A DNA stretch of 64,000 nucleotides, taken from assembly GCA_958009085.1 (NCBI GenBank), contig OY253678.1, positions 558,001 to 622,000 on the forward strand, read 5' to 3'. The translations under genes were made by a program, and so were the position numbers. The notes under the pieces are model-generated. The model was not told the DNA's origin, did not search any database, and saw nothing but the letters and a program-made list of their open reading frames with translations. Shown here in pieces: positions 60,226 through 64,000 of the stretch (the first letter of the stretch is position 1; every line of letters begins with the position of its first letter). The stretch is from Protoeuglena noctilucae (Eukaryota).

Positions 60226-60957
60226 TCACTTGCTGGCAGTCTGACCCTCCCCTGTGTAGCCGGACGGGGCCAGATCGCTGTGCATGGTCAGTGAAGTGCT
60301 CACATTGCCAAACGCAACAGGAACAGGCCCATCAAGGTCCACGCCGCCAGGGATATCCTTGCCCTTGGCATCCTTCTGCGATGGATTAGGACACATGAAT
60401 GAGCCAACCGTCTTTCGAGCGCGACGGGAAAGCGGCACGGGGTGGCCTGAGTGCAGCACCTGGTGGACGATGACGCGGGTGCGGCTCAGGTTGAGGCCGC
60501 CGACCGCACCAATGTGCCTCGTGTCGCGGGAGAAGTATTTGATGTCGTAGATCTGCAAGGCACGGGGCCACGGGTGGCGGGTCGCGTCAGGCAGGCACGT
60601 GCGGAGCTGTTGGGGATACAGGCAGACCCACGCGCGCACGCGCAGCCGCACCTTGTCCGTGTCCGCCCACGGCACGGAGGCCTTCCCCTGGTTCATCGGC
60701 GCCTTGGACCTGTACTGGTTGGCCTCCGAGTCTTGGGAGAGCCACTCCGACGAGGCGAGGGGCCCGGTGATCTGGATGGGCGGGAGAACGAGCACGGATG
60801 CCTTCGCCATCACATTACAGGGACCAACTGCATCATCATTTGTCGGACCATGCCACGCGGAAGATGGCAGGCGGCCGTGTGATCGCACCTTCCATGGTGC
60901 CTTCACGCCCACCCGAGCCAGCGCGTCCTTGACGCGAGACACCAAGCCGCTCGCCAT
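60226..60957 (-). CDS. NDUFA7: Mitochondrial complex I subunit B14.5a/NDUFA7 (plant/green algal type)
   Basis: KAPWK|ITGPLASSEW...YRSKAP...VPWADTDK|IYDIKYFSRDTR...GY matches the plant B14.5a pattern (PWxITGP, YxIxYxxRDxR). Confidence 0.82.
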   Translation of the reverse strand: MASGLVSRVKDALARVGVKAPWKVRSHGRLPSSAWHGPTNDDAVGPCNVMAKASVLVLPPIQITGPLASSEWLSQDSEANQYRSKAPMNQGKASVPWADTDKVRLRVRAWVCLYPQQLRTCLPDATRHPWPRALQIYDIKYFSRDTRHIGAVGGLNLSRTRVIVHQVLHSGHPVPLSRRARKTVGSFMCPNPSQKDAKGKDIPGGVDLDGPVPVAFGNVSTSLTMHSDLAPSGYTGEGQTASK

Positions 60958-61115
60958 CGTCCCCCTAGTCGTCTGCCAGCGCTGTCGCAGGCGCCGCCGC
61001 GGCCGCTTTGACCCCCCTGTCGCTGTAGCTTTGGCAGCCGGTCCCGCGCTCTAAACGGCCGCTCCACGCTCTGGTCTCGGCGAGTGCCCGGGAAGTCTCG
61101 CAGAGGCTGGCCGTG

Positions 61116-64000
61116 ATGCACAGCCTTCGATCTTCACGGGCGCAAGAGAAGGCGTGCAGGACCCTGGCGAAACCCGCCGCGATTTTGTCGAGCGCTGGCT
61201 CCTGGCCCCTCATATTCCGACGTGCAGCTGCACAAAGCCGCAGCCTGCCCACGCGGAGGCGAGCACGGTGCATTGGGTAGCAGCTGTCCGGTGGAAAGCG
61301 CCTGTGCGAGGGAGGCGCGGCGGATGCGGGCGAATCCATTCTCCCCGCGCAAGGTCGCCCTGCGACTGAGCGTGCTGGACCTCTTGGCCAGCGAATACTT
61401 GCTCGCGGAGGGTCTTGGGGCGTCGGACCAGGGCGAGGCCTGCGCCGAGCAGCGGGGTGCCGCGGTCATCGATGAGGTGGTGGCGATGGTTCGAGAGGGC
61501 AACAGCATGGGAGCGATAAAGGCAAGGGGCCCCCGCGGTGACGGGCAGGGTCGGGTCTGCTCGTCACGAGGGCACGGCGCCCATTCTTCCACGGGGCGCG
61601 TCGTGCGCGGCCCGCGTACGGGTCGTCGCTTTGTGTGCATCATGACGCTTTCGCTGCGCCCGACCTGTGCAGTTGGCGGAGGCGCAGTGCCCCCAGCTCC
61701 TCAAGGACGCCCACGTCCACTTCAAGCTGCTGAAGCAGGCGTACCTGGAGTCTCTGCTGGCAGTTTTCGCTGGAGACACACACAGAGATGAAGCCAAAAA
61801 GCTGCTGACCCCGCTCGGAAAGGTAAGCGTGCGCGGACGCGTGGAGGCATGCCCTAGACCATTCCCTGCCGCTGCATGGCCCCGGGTGCGCGCGTCCCGC
61901 GATATCTGCCGCTATCCGCCACACAGGCAGCACACTGTGCGTATCCTGAGGCGTTTTCCGAGATACAGCAGTGCGCGATGCTCCTGCTGGGCGATGCGGA
62001 GGCCGTTCGCCAGCAGGCCGACCAGGTGACACTCCTCCCGGGCGCGCTTCGACGCGCCGGCCGTCCTTCGACGCTTGCAAACCTTCCCCGTGTCGTGGCG
62101 TGTATTGCAGGGGCGCGTGGAGCTGGGGCGCGCGCTGCAGCGCGTGCTGCACCATCGCCAGGGCCGGGAGGACCCTCCTCTGACCCGGCTGCTCAAGTAC
62201 ATGTCGTACATCTACATCCAGAGCTCCTCGAACGCCATGAAAGGCCCCGACGACGGCGAGGTCTACGCCCTGGCGCTGGAGCTCCTGGCGCAGGCACGCG
62301 ACCCGCCGACAGGTGATCAGACGCATGCATTCAACGATTTGGGGTGCAAAAGTGGCCTCTCTGGTCCTCGCCCGGTCGGTCCACGCGTCTGCCGCTCGCG
62401 CACGCACGCAGTGCCCGAGGTGCTCCCGTTACCCGTCAGCCGTGTCCGCGAGGCGGACGTGATGCACTTGCACCGCCACCTCGGGTCGGACACGGAGGTC
62501 GCGCGCGTGGTCCTGGCGGCGTCGAATGGCAACTTGCAGCGCGCGTTCGACTCCGAAGTTCAGCGCATGAAAGTCAAGTGAGACCAAGGGGGGTTTGGGG
62601 TGTGGGGTGTGCGGGGTGGGGTGAGTGAGTCCCAGCGTGGTGGTGTGCGTCCCCCACGCCCACCCAGCGACCCGCGCCCCTCTGCCGCAGCTCAAAGCTG
62701 CTCAGCAGCCTCGTGTCCGAGTACAGCGTGTACCGCGGCCTGATCGACGAGGAGGAGGCTTCCACGTCAGGCCGCATTGATGGGGGGTCGGGCCAGCCCA
62801 GGTGACCGGCGCCCGCGCTGCCCTAGACCAGGCCGCGTGCGCCGCCCCGCAGCTAGTGCTAGTGCCGTGACGAGGGCGGGAGTGAGGCCATGGGCGATGC
62901 CACTCTCGCCGCCCTGACCCCATCCGTGAGTTGTGTGGGTGCCAGAGGTTTGCAAGAAGCTCGCACCGCCGCCCGCCCCCCGCAGTAGGCTGCGATGGGC
63001 GGTGAAGGCGGGTGCCGGGCAGGTCGACGTCGACGTGGGGGAGTGGAAGGACTACCGGGACGGAGCCCCTCGGGAGTTGATACGCAAGATCTGGGAGATC
63101 CGTGCGATGTTGGAGGCCAAGGATTTCCGAGGCGAGACGCCTTGCAGCTCTGTAGACGGATGGGAGGCGGAGCGCGCGCGGTGCGGCGGAGAGGGCCGAG
63201 GGACTTCATGCTTGGCGGCCTGCGATGGGGCACAGAGGGGTCGCACGGCGTGCGCCAACTTCCCCAGACTGCTTAGGCGATTCTGTTTCACCGGCCTCGC
63301 AGGGGCTGCCGAGGCCATCGCGAGCCTGGTCAAGGTTTCCGACGCCCAGTCCGACCGCGCCGCTCACGCCGAGCAGGGCTCCGGGCCTCGCACCTCCTGG
63401 CTGCAGCGACGCGGCGCCCTGGCATCAGCGCAGTTCGAGGCGCTGCGTGCGGAGGTCCTGGCGGCCGCGCACGCCGGCGCCGACCCCAGCGACATCCTGG
63501 CCTTGTTGCACGACTGTGTGGCACCCCTGGTCGCCCAGTTCCAGGCGACCCTCCTGCCGCGCATGAAGGAGCTCTCCCTTACGCTCCTCGGCGACCGGGA
63601 CCTCGTGGTAGCCGAGCCCGACCCGTTCGTGCTGTCGGACTTTGTCAGTGCGGCGCTCTCGGGCAGCGTCGAGGTGAGGGCGGAGCCGAGCGATGCCTTG
63701 GGGCCCAGGCGCGATTGTCTGGGCATGGCACGTGCTTGCTGGCCCTGCTCAGTTCTCCAAGCCAGTTGTATACTCATCGCCCTGGCCCACGCAGCTGCGG
63801 ACGCCTCGCCTCGTCTACCTCCTCTCGGCACTGCTCGAGGCCCACAAGGTGCGCAGCGGCAATCCTTGGCGCGGGCATCGGCGATACGTCATGCTCATCT
63901 CGCAGCGCTGCTGGCTTGCCATGGTGACACTGGCGACATCGGCGCTATGGGTGGCGTGAGTGGCACCATCTCTTTGACCCTCGCAGAGCTGGTTCCTGCG
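61116..64000 (+). CDS. LisH/CTLH/CRA-repeat protein (Arabidopsis At5g66810-like); 3' end lies beyond the window
   Basis: LDLLASEYL (LisH-like), MVREGNSMGAIK|LAEAQCPQLLKDAHVHFKLLKQAYLE (CTLH), AYPEAFSEI, DPPLTRLLKY, NGNLQRAFDSEVQRMK and LVSEYSVYRGL. A second CTLH-like unit follows after 63000. The start is approximate. Confidence 0.75.

Noticed and set aside
1..64000. Non-standard genetic code (TAA/TAG read as Gln) or selenocysteine readthrough
   Set aside because: TAA, TAG and TGA all end conserved proteins at the expected positions. In the exons I translated, apparent internal stops fall inside introns.

Overview
This is eukaryotic nuclear DNA from a very GC-rich, gene-dense, flagellated green alga. 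The evidence is spliceosomal introns, the standard genetic code, a plastid-targeted CGL160-like gene, AP2/ERF, plant-type NDUFA7 and UBP26, and the ciliary genes CFAP58 and a PPP1R36-like gene. A pedinophyte-like chlorophyte is my guess, not something the sequence proves. Splicing by hand gives 22 intron-containing protein genes: a HARE-HTH protein, an unknown nuclear-type protein, CGL160-like, V-ATPase subunit e, thymidine kinase, NUP205, UBP26/USP48, a secreted His7/Cys-rich orphan, CFAP58, a GNAT acetyltransferase, a METTL21-type methyltransferase, a coiled-coil protein, an ankyrin-TPR protein, RPA12, RPP30, AP2/ERF, PPP1R36-like, DBP5/LOS4, PDS5, purple acid phosphatase, NDUFA7 and a LisH/CTLH protein. 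Two weaker spliced micro-ORF candidates and a 200-N gap are also present. Most entries in the ORF track are GC-driven shadow frames. I found no rRNA, tRNA, transposon or CRISPR. The most unusual signals are architectural. (1) At least 16 introns use GC donors with an AG|GCRAG consensus, roughly one in eight. (2) Exon 3' ends are repeatedly copied into the following intron. (3) Introns deep inside long genes are CpG-depleted. (4) Genes alternate in orientation and are very tightly packed, with stop codons as little as 14 bp apart. I did not find a convincing self-contained novel pathway. All gene identities come from recalled family motifs, not database searches.
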